Shown: positions 1 through 24,164 of the stretch, in pieces
How the letters are laid out: each line of letters opens with the position of its first letter
How positions within the stretch are numbered: position 1 is the stretch's first letter
Assembly (NCBI RefSeq): GCF_009914755.1
Contig: NC_060941.1
Direction: 5' to 3' (one strand)
Source of the DNA: the human T2T-CHM13v2.0 reference genome, Homo sapiens
Length of the DNA: 64,000 bases
Made by a program: the position numbers and the translations under genes
Notes under the pieces: model-generated
What the model saw: the letters and a program-made list of their open reading frames with translations, nothing else
What the model was told of the DNA's origin: nothing
Databases searched by the model: none

Positions 1-292
1 CTGCAACTCCTGTTTTTACTTAATGCATTGTTTTTTTAAGCCATTCCGCAGGGTCCAGACTTGCGTATATCCTCGGGGAAGCAAGGGTAGGCCTGGTGTG
101 GGCAACAGACTGCATGCCCCAACCCAGCCAAAACGCTCTGTGTTGCTACAGATCTATCAACACTGAGACACATAGATATTTATCTACTGGAACTCAGATA
201 AGAGATTGTCAAATGGGATTCTGATGTTTTTCTTAATAAAGATGTGAACACCATGCCTCTGATGGAGCCCAAAGAACATGATTCTGTTGCAG

Positions 293-503
293 GTGTAATG
301 AAGACATTAAAAATGGGATCACCAACCTGCTCATGTACGTGAAGAGCATGAAGGGTCTCGCGGGAATCCGGGACGCCATGTGGGAGTTACTTACCAATGA
401 GTCCACCAATCACAGCTGGGATGTGCTATGTCGGCGGCTTCTGGAGAAGCCGCTCTTGTTCTGGGAAGATATGATGCAGCAACTGTTCCTTGACCGATTA
501 CAG
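293..503 (+). CDS. COG1: COG1 internal coding exon (probably exon 6)
   Basis: ttgcAG|gt acceptor at 291-292 and CAG|GTGAGC donor at 504. Encodes CNEDIKNGITNLLMYVKSMK...FLDRLQ, recognised as COG1. Confidence 0.95.
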
Positions 504-835
504 GTGAGCTGGACAGTCACATGGTCTACCTGTTTTATGGCCAATCCTAGTGGTATTTTGACTGTCTTGGGAGATTTCTGTCGCTTCCCAAGTATATTCT
601 TTTCCTGCTTAGTAACAGATCCAGAGTCTAGAGCTGAAAATACACCAGGCCTCTGTCACTTGATTGGGAATGGGCCCATGTTCATCAATAATGGCTTTAT
701 TCTCTGCCAACACCATGCCATCTTTCTGAAGATGGTGAACCTTCTGAATGCTAGGATAAATTACCATTTGGTACTTTTGTTTTGAAACGTCCTTAAAGGA
801 ACTGTGATTAGAACTCTTCTCTCATTCTCTTTTAG

Positions 836-1627
836 ACTCTGACAAAAGAAGGCTTTGACTCCATCTCCAGTAGCTCCAAGGAGCTCTTGGTTTCAGCTTT
901 GCAGGAACTTGAAAGCAGCACCAGCAACTCCCCTTCAAATAAGCACATCCACTTTGAGTACAACATGTCGCTCTTCCTCTGGTCTGAGAGTCCTAATGAC
1001 CTGCCTTCCGATGCGGCCTGGGTCAGCGTGGCAAACCGGGGTCAGTTTGCCAGTAGCGGCCTCTCCATGAAAGCACAAGCCATCAGCCCTTGTGTACAGA
1101 ACTTCTGTTCTGCCCTGGATTCTAAGCTGAAGGTTAAACTAGATGACCTCCTGGCTTACCTCCCCTCTGATGACTCATCACTGCCCAAGGACGTTTCTCC
1201 CACACAGGCCAAGAGTTCTGCCTTTGACAGATACGCAGATGCGGGGACCGTGCAGGAGATGCTGCGGACTCAGTCCGTGGCATGCATCAAGCACATCGTG
1301 GACTGCATCCGGGCAGAGCTACAGAGCATTGAAGAGGGTGTGCAAGGGCAACAGGATGCCCTCAACAGTGCCAAGCTGCACTCAGTTCTTTTCATGGCCA
1401 GACTCTGCCAGTCCCTGGGAGAGCTGTGCCCCCATCTGAAGCAGTGCATCCTGGGAAAATCAGAGAGCTCAGAGAAACCAGCAAGGGAGTTTAGGGCTCT
1501 GAGAAAACAGGGAAAGGTGAAAACTCAGGAAATCATTCCTACACAGGCCAAGTGGCAAGAGGTTAAAGAAGTACTCCTCCAGCAGAGCGTGATGGGCTAC
1601 CAGGTCTGGAGCAGTGCAGTTGTGAAA
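836..1627 (+). CDS. COG1: COG1 large coding exon (792 nt, 264 codons)
   Basis: Pyrimidine tract with tttAG at 834-835 and AAA|GTGAGT donor at 1628. Open frame TLTKEGF...WSSAVVK; phase 0/0. Confidence 0.96.
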
Positions 1628-1707
1628 GTGAGTGATGTAATTTCTTATCCCTGTCTTGTCTCACTTCTGTCATATTCCAGTCTTGCCAACCTCAATCAGT
1701 TCCTTCA

Positions 1708-2179
<472 letters not shown>

Positions 2180-2232
2180 CTAAATATCATATTCCCAGTA
2201 GCCTCCACTTGTACCTTAAGAGGTGGTATTTG

Positions 2233-2520
2233 GGCCAGGCATGGCGGCTCATGCCTGTAATCCTAGCACTTTGGGAGGCTGAGATGGTTGGATTGTGTGA
2301 ACCCAGGAATTCAAGACCAGCCTGGGCAACATGATGAAACCCCCTATCTACAAAAAGTACAGAAATTATTCGGATGTGATGGTGCACGCCTGTAGTCCCA
2401 GTTACTTGGGAAGCTGAGGCAGGAGCATTGCCTGAGCCTAGGAGGTCGAGGCTGCAGTGAGCTGTGATTGTGCCACTGCAATCAGCCTGGGAGAAGGGCA
2501 AGACCCTGTCTCAAAAAAAA
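2233..2520 (+). mobile_element. AluJ-like
   Basis: Full Alu with the J-type ggtcgaggctgcagtgagc. Confidence 0.9.
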
Positions 2521-2726
2521 AGAAGTGGTATTTGACATTTATAGGGTAGTTAGCAACAAAATTCCCATGGCTGATATCATTGATAATTAGCCAAAAGAGG
2601 ACTGATACCATCACTGTACCTACAACTTCAGCAGCTTGAGCTGTTCTCAGGATTACACAGATTGTTTTAAAGAAACTCTACAGAGGATCTGAGTGGCTTG
2701 TATGGATATCTGCCTTTTATTACCAG

Positions 2727-2873
2727 GTTTTGATTCATGGATTCACCCAGTCATTACTTCTAGATGATGCTGGCTCAGTTCTGGCCACAGCCACCAGCTG
2801 GGATGAGCTAGAAATTCAGGAGGAGGCAGAGTCTGGCAGCAGTGTCACATCCAAGATCCGACTCCCTGCACAG
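2727..2873 (+). CDS. COG1: COG1 coding exon (147 nt)
   Basis: taccAG acceptor and CAG|GTGAGC donor; VLIHGFTQ...IRLPAQ. Confidence 0.95.
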
Positions 2874-3358
2874 GTGAGCAGGGACCATGGGCTGAAAAAG
2901 GGAATAAACTGCTCCGTGGAAAAGAAGAAAGATTTTAGAAAATCATTCAACATACAACTTCTGAGGAATAGCTGAAAGTAACATCTGTAATTTTCTACTG
3001 TGGGGGCATAGTAGATGTAGGGCTAAGTAAATGGCAGACTGTTCAAGAAGTCAGTTAACCATTCTTTCCTTTTGTAGCATAGGCTCTGTGCTAATTAGGG
3101 AACCACTTACTTGCCGTGAAATCAGCAGCATAAAACACAGGCACCTCTTCGAGATCAGCCTCAGACCGTGGAGGCAGTAACAGCAAATTGCACTTAACCA
3201 GGGGCCTTGTGTCTGCTGAACAGTCTGCCTGTAAGAAGCGTTGCTGAGAGGGGTCAAAGTCCTGGCACATAGGCCTTGTAAGATTAAGTGGATTCACTTT
3301 CACTGTGTGTCATTTAATTGGTGCAAGTTGGCAATGTGACATTTCTTTGTTCTTTTAG

Positions 3359-3520
3359 CCGTCCTGGTATGTACAGTCCTTCCTGTTTAGTTTATGCCAG
3401 GAAATTAATCGGGTTGGAGGCCATGCCTTGCCAAAGGTGACATTACAGGAGATGCTGAAAAGCTGTATGGTTCAAGTAGTAGCTGCCTATGAGAAACTCT
3501 CCGAAGAAAAACAGATTAAG
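3359..3520 (+). CDS. COG1: COG1 coding exon (162 nt)
   Basis: ttctttgttcttttAG acceptor and AAG|GTAGGT donor; PSWYVQSFLFSLCQEINRVGGHALPK...EEKQIK. Confidence 0.95.
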
Positions 3521-4263
3521 GTAGGTGTCTGAATGTTTGCCCATTAAAAACACAAATTAAACAAAAGAAAACCTTAGCATTGTCTTGGGTTTGAGCAGTT
3601 CACATCAAAGACTCAAACTGTTAAGGATCACCCAGCCCAGGCATCGGGTCCTGTAAAAATGCTCTATCTTAGGAGTAGCACCCAGCGCTGTGAGTTTACT
3701 TACACTCATTCTAAAGGGTCAGCAGATCTTCGCTAAGAAGGCAGCTCAGCACAGATGGAAACACCAAGACCCAGAACTTTGGGAGGCTGAGGTGGGAGGA
3801 TGGCTTCAGCTTGGGAGTTCACGGCTGCAATGAGCAGCTATCATCTCACCACTGCACTCCAGCCTGGGCGACAAAGCAAGACCCTGTCTCTTAAAAAGAC
3901 AAAACAAAAAAATCAAAAAACAATGAAAAGGATCAGAGCTTCAAAATAAAAGACCTGGCTTCCAACCTCAGTGCTGCCACTGGTTCACTGGGGGCTCCGG
4001 GCAAATCATTAACCTCCGTTTCCTTAGGGCCAAATGTGATCCTGTAGATAAACCGCTCAGTGGTTTCCTCACTTGTAAAAGGCAGACAGCCCCCGGCCCC
4101 AGCCACAGCACACCTACCTCAGGGGTGACTGTGGGGAGTTAGAGAGAACAGTTGCCTGCCACAAAGTGTGACACACAGAGGTGCTTACTTACGGGGAGTT
4201 CTTGTCTCCCAACCCTTCACACTGCTTTCACTGTCTAGGAAGCGTTCTGCCCTTGGTGTATAA

Positions 4264-4918
<655 letters not shown>

Positions 4919-5279
4919 ACCCAAGAAGGAACAAATCCTGATTTTGGAAAGAATTCAGTAAGTCTTCTCTAATGAGCCTCCTCAAAACACTTCTCCTTCA
5001 GGCAAGGAGCCTTTTTTTCCCCTTTAGAACAACCATTTACAGCATCTGAGGCCTTTTTTAAGGGCCAGGTCTCTTCCCTGCTGTTAGGTTTTTAATTTTA
5101 AGGTCAAGTTTCTAACAAAATTTGTTTTGTTGTTGTGAGATTAAACTGGCCATATGAGCATTAAAACCATCTGCTTCTGAAATAGCAAGCTGAAACTCAA
5201 CCAAAACTTGAAGCTGTTTATTACGCTCACATACCAAGTCCTCTCTCTTCATGGGTGGGGACCGGGAATTCATTTGCAG

Positions 5280-5407
5280 AAAGAAGGTGCATTTCCAGTC
5301 ACCCAGAACCGGGCGCTGCAGCTGCTTTATGATCTGCGTTACCTCAACATTGTTCTGACAGCCAAGGGTGACGAGGTGAAGAGTGGCCGGAGCAAGCCAG
5401 ACTCCAG
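5280..5407 (+). CDS. COG1: COG1 coding exon (128 nt)
   Basis: tttgcAG acceptor and CAG|GTGTCG donor; KEGAFPVTQNRALQLLYDLRYL...KPDS(R); ends in phase 2. Confidence 0.93.
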
Positions 5408-5880
5408 GTGTCGTATCCTCTAGGGAGCTATGTCAAGGCGGTCTCTTCCAAAAGCAAATAGTCCCTTTGCTGGGAAGCCACCAGAGTCAGCCTGTTATAC
5501 TGCACATTCATTGTGTTTGTTTTGAACAGTAAGTGCTCATATTACCAGCAAGTTAAATAATGGCCGCCTGCTGGATAAATGCAATGGTCAAGTGAAATAG
5601 GTGGACTCTTATTCCCCTCTCTTCTGAGTCAGCCTAGCAGCTGCTGAGTATCATTTGAGCCCTTAGTGCCCTCCTTATAGACAGAACGGGGGAAAGGGTG
5701 GACTTCACTTAGACATCATGCTTGAGGGTGACTTAAGCACTATCATCAGTGACAAACGTACTAAGCCAGCAACTAAGTAGAATAAAACCCAACTCCAAGA
5801 TTTCTACAGCAGTAGGATATCATAAGATTGTTTTTGATCCTAAAAAATGTGGACAGTAATGATCCTAATCCTTTTCTCAG

Positions 5881-5989
5881 AATTGAGAAAGTGACTGACC
5901 ACCTGGAAGCCCTCATTGATCCATTTGACCTGGACGTTTTCACGCCACACCTCAACAGCAACCTTCATCGCCTGGTGCAGCGAACTTCT
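5881..5989 (+). CDS. COG1: COG1 coding exon (109 nt)
   Basis: cttttctcAG acceptor and TCT|GTGAGT donor; IEKVTDHLEALIDPFDLDVF...VQRTS. Confidence 0.95.
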
Positions 5990-6434
5990 GTGAGTCAAAT
6001 CAAAAACATGCTTAGTGCGAACGAAGCGATACAGGCTCAAATAACAAAATTAACCTGCTCAAGCACGTAATACTCCAGGATGCAGCATAGGGAGGGGAAT
6101 AAGACACAAATAGCCGAGTGTAGTTATAAGGACTGAAAGAGGATTAGATAAAATCTCACACACTGAGGCAACCAAGATTTGGCCCCTTAAGTTGTAAATA
6201 AGGATTATTACAGTTTTATCCAGGCCTCAGAAAGAGGAATAAAAACTCCCTGCCTCTCAGATTCTGACCTGTGGGCAGTGATAAAAAGTAATCGTGAAGC
6301 ATAAACGCACTCAGAACATTCCCCAAAATGACAGTTAGAAATACGGTAGCGATGGGTGACTAACCTTTTTTTTTTTTTTTTTGCCTTTCTTTTACCTGCA
6401 CAATGAAACCTCTGCTCCACCTCTTGTCTGCCAG

Positions 6435-6544
6435 GTTCTGTTTGGATTGGTGACTGGTACAGAGAATCAGCTCGCCCCCCGGAGCAGTACGTTCAACTCC
6501 CAAGAACCCCATAACATCCTGCCACTGGCATCCAGTCAGATCAG
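6435..6544 (+). CDS. COG1: COG1 coding exon (110 nt)
   Basis: tctgccAG acceptor and CAG|GTAAAG donor; VLFGLVTGTENQLAPRSS...LASSQI(R). Confidence 0.95.
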
Positions 6545-6569
6545 GTAAAGGCTGCCAAGAGGCTTCTGC

Positions 6570-6843
6570 GGGGCACTTCGGGAGGCCAAGGTGGACGGAT
6601 CACGTCAGGAGATCGAGACCATCCTGGCTAACATGGTGAAACCCTGTCTCTACTAAAAAAAATACAAAAAATTAGCTGGCCTGGTGGCAGGTGCCTATAG
6701 TCCCAGCTATTCAGGAGGCTGAGGCAGGAGAATGGCGTGAACCCAGGAGGCGGAGCTTGCAGTGAGCCGAGATTGCGCCACTGCACTCCAGCCTGGGCGA
6801 CAGAACGAGACTCTGTCTCAAAAAAAAAAAAAAAAAAAAAAAT
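6570..6843 (+). mobile_element. 5'-truncated AluY-like with TSD GAGGCTTCTGC
   Basis: TSD copies at 6559-6569 and 6844-6854; long A tail. Confidence 0.92.
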
Positions 6844-6908
6844 GAGGCTTCTGCTGGGCCCCAGAGCTGCCTGTTTGTGCTACTAAATTCTTTCCTCTTG
6901 TTTTGGAG

Positions 6909-6984
6909 GTTTGGACTTCTCCCACTGAGCATGACAAGCACTCGAAAGGCTAAATCAACCAGAAACATCGAAACAAAAGCTCAG
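6909..6984 (+). CDS. COG1: COG1 penultimate coding exon (76 nt)
   Basis: Unusual ttttgGAG acceptor and CAG|GTTGGT donor; [25 protein letters not shown]. Phases fit both neighbours. Confidence 0.9.
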
Positions 6985-7107
6985 GTTGGTGCCAAGAGCA
7001 AGAGGCTCATCCGTGGATGGGTCCCCACCTCCCACCGAGCCACCCATGATCAGCTCCCTTTTAAATAACTGATTAAGAACTGAATGACAAAATGCACTAA
7101 TGCTGCT

Positions 7108-7113
7108 TTTAAT
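7108..7113 (-). terminator. FAM104A: Candidate distal FAM104A poly(A) signal (ATTAAA on minus strand)
   Basis: TTTAAT on the plus strand; a second candidate TTTATT lies at 7546-7551. Either implies a long 3'UTR antisense to the last COG1 exon. Confidence 0.55.
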
Positions 7114-8041
7114 GGCGGCGCAATAGAGAAGTACAAGGTTTTACTAGCTTGAGCTACTAGAAGGTGTAAAAGATGCCCGCTGACACTACCAAGTAGCCTC
7201 TTAATAGAAATGTAGAAAATATACAGGACAGGGTGGAGATGAGCTCTTGAATTTAGTAGGGTGAAAGAGTTAACTGCCAACCCGGCACTATCATTGTACT
7301 TGTTTGGAGAAAATCTGTTTTGTTCTGGTGATGATGGTTTTATCTTCCCTTTTAGTTGGGTGGGAAGTAACAGAAAATTTGTTTCCCCAAAAGTTTGACA
7401 TTTTCTTGTTAATACACGTTTCATTTCAGTACGATGCCAACTGTTAAGCCTGCAGGAATCCTCCTGGGTATTTCTGAATTGTGCTGTGTGCATGTGTGTT
7501 TGAAAGCTCAAACAGCTTGTCTTCTTACAGCATCGAGTTGTTTGCTTTATTGTTAGACACAATATTAGCAGTGTATCCTTTCCGTATTCCCTACCATCGA
7601 ACCCATTAAGATCTAAAATCCTTGTCAAGTATCTGGCTTTAAAAGTTGGGAGATGGTAGTTTAAAAAAAAAAAAAGCTCTTGCAAAAACCATCCAGTCCC
7701 TAAGCATGGGCTATGTTGCAGCCTCTTCCAGAACAGTTTCCACTGCAGTGATCTTTCAGTTCTGCCCACATTAGGTTAGCAGGCTGTGGAGAGAAGTGCC
7801 TGTGTCTACCCTTTTCCCAAGACAGTCCTCATTTCCAAATTCTAGTTTTGTCACAAAGGCTCATGCTGTTCCGTGTCCTCTTCAAATCTGGACCGACAGC
7901 AAAGTCCTCTGACTAGAGCCATCGTGCTTCTCAGCTCCGCTTGTGTGTGCCGTGTGGACTCCGAGTGGCGTCGCGCGGAGGGCGAGTGGGCAGGAGGGCT
8001 CAGGCCAACTCTAAGGCACTTTTCTCTACATCCAATGGCAG

Positions 8042-8179
8042 GTTGTCCCCCCGGCACGCTCCACAGCTGGTGACCCGACAGTTCCTGGCTCCTTGTTCAG
8101 ACAGCTTGTCAGTGAAGAAGACAACACGTCTGCACCTTCATTATTCAAACTTGGCTGGCTCTCTAGTATGACTAAGTAA
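8042..8179 (+). CDS. COG1: COG1 last coding exon
   Basis: ggcAG acceptor at 8040-8041; VVPPARSTAGDPTVPGSLFRQL...GWLSSMTK then TAA at 8177-8179. Exon lengths are consistent with the 980-aa protein I recall. Confidence 0.95.
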   Translation, partial: VVPPARSTAGDPTVPGSLFRQLVSEEDNTSAPSLFKLGWLSSMTK

Positions 8180-8205
8180 CATGGCAACACATCTGTCTCT
8201 CCCTA

Positions 8206-8211
8206 AATAAA
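8206..8211 (+). terminator. COG1: COG1 poly(A) signal AATAAA
   Basis: Canonical hexamer 26 nt after the stop codon. Confidence 0.8.
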
Positions 8212-9256
8212 TACTACCACATTATTTCTTCTAAAGGTGCCTCTGCTCATCTGATTCTCAGCCACACCAATCTTTCCAGTTTCACTGATGGAATGTGGCC
8301 CCCTAGTTACTGTTGGGGGTTACTTTAAGCATCAAGTTAATCCTTGTCCCAAAATTTCACAATACTTGTTGCTTTAGACATCAGTTCAGGTAGCTTACAT
8401 TTTATCAGCGTTCAACAACACCTTAATTGTTGACACTACAAGGTGGAATTGTCAATGAGATCATGTAAGCTGCTGACTGACCAAGTTTGTAGGACAAAAA
8501 GTCATTACATATTACTTTACTTGCAGAACTGTGCCATGTTTCCTACTAAAGTCTGAGGTGCAGACTCTGGTGGAATAGTGACACAGAAGTTATCTGGGTA
8601 TACAAGAATCTAAAAGACATTCTCCCTGGAAATACAAATATATAACAAAGAGTAGAGACTATTATTAGGGAGTGTGCTTCACTGACAGTCTGAATTGGAT
8701 CTGATTGTTCTCCTGTTACACAGGAGAGAGTACTTTCAATAGAACATCTACATACTGAGAGGTAGTATGGCAGTTAATTTCAGTGCAAGACTGAATCAAG
8801 CTTCCTATATTTTGGAAAAAAACTTATGTTTTTTCATGGAAACTAGATACTCTTTACTAGTTTATTGAATAAAAAAAATTGAAGATCCCGCATTTTTAAA
8901 AGGCCCTTTACATAAAGTAGAGTTTCTAGTTGACAGATTTGGAAATCAGTCTGAATGGGACATACTATGGATTCAACACACAGAATGAGTTTTCCTCAAA
9001 CCACTACCTTGACATAGATTTGATACCCTCCCTCAAAAGAATCCTATAAAAAATTGCTTCAAAGCCCCTTTGAAATTGCAATAGTGCAGCAAAACCACAA
9101 GTAAACAACTGCCTGTTAACCTGTTATTTCAAATATAGACTGAAAAGCCAACAGGCATTTTTCGTGTGCAATTTTTCTTTTAAAACAAGTTGTAAGTTGA
9201 AATATCAAATCTGCACAGCGCTGTCCCTTCACAGAAGGCAAGAAACTGCCGGCACA

Positions 9257-9562
<306 letters not shown>

Positions 9563-10225
9563 TCATGTACAGCGCTCTATTAAGAGTACCTTTCCAGTTC
9601 AGCTTGAGGATGAAGACACATACTGGGCTTTGGAATTGATAAAGTACGCTCTCCTAAAACGTTTCATCCTCTCCTCACAGCCACCCTGTCAGGCTGAGCA
9701 GGGTTTATTGTCCTTAATACACAGCTCTAGGAGGATGGGTCCAGTCCAGGTTCAAGCACGGGCTGCCTAACTCCAAATCCTTTCAACTATATCCTAATTC
9801 TTTTGCACATATTCTATACCTGCTTTTCCCATTCATTTCAATAATTTCCAACCAAAGAAGGCAGTTCTCAGCCTCCAAGGGAATGTATGAGTCATTGGGA
9901 CAGAGTATAAAAAAGGTGACAAATAAGATGGCTTCTGGGTATAAGCGAAGATAAAAACTAAAAGCCTATGCCAATTTTGTGATCATCATAGACACAAAAT
10001 GGTATTCTGTAACTGCAGGACACAGACCCTGAAAGGACTTTAATAGACTTCTGGTCAAGTTATCTTATGTTGGCATTATTGCAGTTCATATGTACATGTG
10101 TGTACATGAGCGTGCCTAACTTTTTCTTTAATGTAACTAACATGACTTGGTGTTTTAGTCATCTTGGAGAGGCTACTCGGAGATCCCTGATAAGAGTCAC
10201 TTTCATTCTGCAGTTCATGTTTTAA

Positions 10226-11765
<1,540 letters not shown>

Positions 11766-12404
11766 AAAGACTGGAAAGAAAGAACGAAATCACAGTAGTT
11801 ATATTAGGATGGAAAGATTATAGCTGCTTGACTTTTTCTACACTTCAACTTTTTTGCAATGTGGTTATTATGTATTTTTATTATAAAAATGTATAAATTA
11901 AACAAAATGCTGTTTACAGATATATATTTTAAAGTGATTCTTAAAATCCTAGTTCTATCCCTTTTTTGACCAAAAATTACATCCAATAATATGCATATAG
12001 ATAACTTATCTGAAACAATGAAAACAAGCAATGTTCACAAAGCTGCCATCATTAACAAGACTCAAACCAAGACTTGTGATGGTGCCGAGGCCATTGGAGC
12101 TATGGTCACATACCCCAATACCTACAGGTAGCAGGGGACAACCCCTCTTTCTAGAATAAAAAAATAAAAAAATAAAAACCTCATGAAAGGATGATAATGG
12201 GCCGGGCTGATGAAGTCAGATAGCAGGATTTGCAGCCAGCTGCAACTGTATTTACTTAGAGGCTTAAGAAGTCAAAGTCAAAAACAAAAATTGTATTCTA
12301 CAAAGGCGTCTCCTAACCTAGTATAACAATGTAGAATGGCCACTTGCACCTTGCGAATCATGAATATTTAACAAACAGGTCACTACACTCAATTAGAAAC
12401 CCAC

Positions 12405-12467
12405 CGCGCAGAACGCTTTGTTTCCTCTTAGTCTGTTTTCTTTACTGTTTCTCATTACAGGTACTGT
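12405..12467 (-). CDS. FAM104A: FAM104A 63-nt in-frame cassette exon (TVPVMRNSKENRLRGNKAFCA)
   Basis: Minus-strand ttgattttcAG acceptor and GCG|GTGGGT donor; 21 stop-free codons, phase 0/0. It converts 186 aa to 207 aa, matching isoform sizes I recall. Confidence 0.8.
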
Positions 12468-12690
12468 CTGAAAATCAAGGCAAGAACTACAATCAGTTTC
12501 TAGTAAGTCAAGTTTTCATCTCAAATTATATCTATTTCGTACTATAACAGCACAAGGGTGATGCTACTCTAAGAAAAGGCAAAAGTTCTTTAAACAGATT
12601 AGGGAAGATTTCTGTACATAATTTTTTTTTATTTTTTATTTTTTTTAGGGTTAGGTAGATTTGCAATTTCCAGTTCATTTAAAAAATCTT

Positions 12691-13710
<1,020 letters not shown>

Positions 13711-15023
13711 GAATGCTACTAGGAAACCAAGTAAGGTCTTCAATTACATTTAACTTCAAAATGGAGACTGAAAAGTATTGATACTGCCAATATGATTTTG
13801 AGAAGATTGTTTCACCTTAACTACCTCAGAACTTCTAAAGCTGCTTCAGTTGTATTAACTTGCATTGAGCAGACCAATGATAGTGTTAAACTACTGAGGC
13901 TTTGGTTTCTATTTTCTGACAATTCAGACCAGTTTTCTCACTACTGTGGAGGCTTAGGGAGTGTCACACAATCTATAGATGGACCAGGATTTTTCAAATT
14001 GAGAGTGAAACCAGCATCAAATTGGTGGGTTACAACCAGCATTAAAAAAAAAAAAAAAGGACAACAGAGTGCAACATAAGGATATTGTTCTGTGAAGCTT
14101 TCTTTCAATTATTCACAAATATATTTGGTATGTACTGGGTTACAAAATAAAGCATTTCTATGGAACAGGGTCAAAAAATTTTTTGAAGTTACTGTAGTTG
14201 ATCTTAACACTGTCAGCCACCAAAGTCATCTGCTTTATGGGATAAAGGAAAGACCATTCTTCACTTTTAACCCAAAAGGCATAAAACTAAATTTGAAGTC
14301 TGTATTAGTGCCTTAAGATATATACAGAAGTAAAACATTTTTGTCTCCTAAAGTAAACATCTTGAAACAGGAAAAAATCCTATTTCCCTCACTTAGTTGA
14401 AGCTTTTTAATATCAGATTGCTTGAGGGCAAAAGCCAATACTTGATGATGCACGGCTTTGGAAATGGAAACTGCTATCTTAGTAGAGAAGTGTTTACCTT
14501 GTCACATTTGTTCTCGAAAAGACACCAAATTCTTTTACCAAAAGAGAAACAAGGGTCCAAAGACTTTGGGACTGAGAAGGACCATCAAATAGGAATCCCA
14601 CTCTTATGATCCTGATTCCTTACAGACTCATCAAACAGTTTAACCAAATCAACGGTTACAAAGCTCATTTTCTTTTCTCTGAATTGTCCATTTAGGCTTA
14701 GTGCTGACATGACATCTGACCAGGCTATTTTCATGACACAATCAAAAGAGAATAAAGCTGCGTGTGATCTGTGAAATAAAAACCCCTTGCAGGTCTGTGA
14801 ACACAAGCAAGATAAATTTATGAAGGCTCTGGCCAAGAATCTCTCTCAACAATATACAAAGAGTCCTGTCTTGAAGATCTGTGTGAAAAAGGATTCTAGG
14901 TTAGTTTCGGTAATAATAAAACCTACCACTGTATCCTTATAACCGCAGACATCTGGGTAAGACCCAGAAGAGAACTGCCATGATACAATCTATTTTGGAA
15001 TTACCTATGGGCTTTTTATTTCA

Positions 15024-16420
<1,397 letters not shown>

Positions 16421-16774
16421 GGCAGAAGGGCTAGATATAACTAAATTGTGAAGCAGAGGACGGGGAAGTTGAAGTTCATTTTCTTAGTCCAAAGGGCTCA
16501 AATGATACATCAAAGGGCACAGAAGCTCTGGTCTCTCAGCCAGGCCTGCCTTTCATTTTATTTTTCCAGTGTGCAAAGTCAGTTTAAGAGACAACTCACT
16601 TATACCCATGGCAGAAACTAAACAACTCCAAACACCATTTCTACTAATAACCTTAAGAAAGCACCCCCACCTCAGACAGAAATATTAATCACTAAGCCAT
16701 TCCACTTCATAAAAAGAGAGCTATGTGTATATTATCTAGAACCAAATGCTTTCTCTTCTTAATTTGAAAAGCAG

Positions 16775-19728
<2,954 letters not shown>

Positions 19729-20167
19729 ACTTAATTTCAGAGTTAATTTGCTACAGGGTTCTAAACACACAATCCTAACAGTTTCACTGAAAAGAGTCGG
19801 CCAAATCAGTCTGTCTCTTAGAATGTATTAATACTACAACTCTAAGACGGATTAAAGATGAGAATGGGCAAGAATGAAGAGCTTAAAATAACATTTAAAA
19901 AAATTATTCTAAATACTCCTATTGTCATATGAATTCACATTATTTTTTAAAAAATCACCCAACACTCAGCTAATTCTTATCAGTTAAAACAAATGAATTT
20001 ATAGACTCCTAACTTTATGATAAATGGATCCCCTGGTTCTATTCTTTTTTAATTTCTCACACTTCCGCATTCCCACTAAGAATTCCCTTAGGATTTTAAT
20101 ATTAACATCAAAAATTTTGCCTTCTAGTAGAGACAAAGGGGCTGAAGCTGTCCTAGGTAAGCCACTT

Positions 20168-20923
<756 letters not shown>

Positions 20924-21331
20924 AAATTTAGATTTTAATTTCTTCCCTCCTAAGGATAAGAAGATACTGCTTTTATTTACTCAAGTAGAAGCACTTTTTA
21001 CAAGGCATATACCTAGGTAACAGAAGCTAGATTTACACAGAAACTTCTAGTGTAATTTGTAGATAAAGATATTAAAACTGAAAGTAAAGAACATTACTCC
21101 TTCTACATGTAAATAATAGAATTCAACCTAAAAAGACTAGACCCTAAAAAAAAAATTTAAGTTAAATCTAAGTAGTTTTTACCCATCCAAATAGTTGCCC
21201 AAGATCAGGATTTGATAGAAAAAAATTGATAAAATCATTTCACTTCTTGCTCAGTGAAGAGAAAACTGAGCCTGAGATAGATGTTAACTAATGTGATTCA
21301 TCTAGAATGGCTTTACACGAAACAAAAAATT

Positions 21332-24164
<2,833 letters not shown>

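Noticed and set aside
7050-7769. 239-aa minus-strand ORF in the FAM104A 3'UTR region
   Set aside because: It has a GTG start and no recognisable domain, and it runs through a homopolymer. Its stop lies beyond the candidate ATTAAA at 7108, so the mRNA would probably be cleaved before it. Likely a chance ORF.
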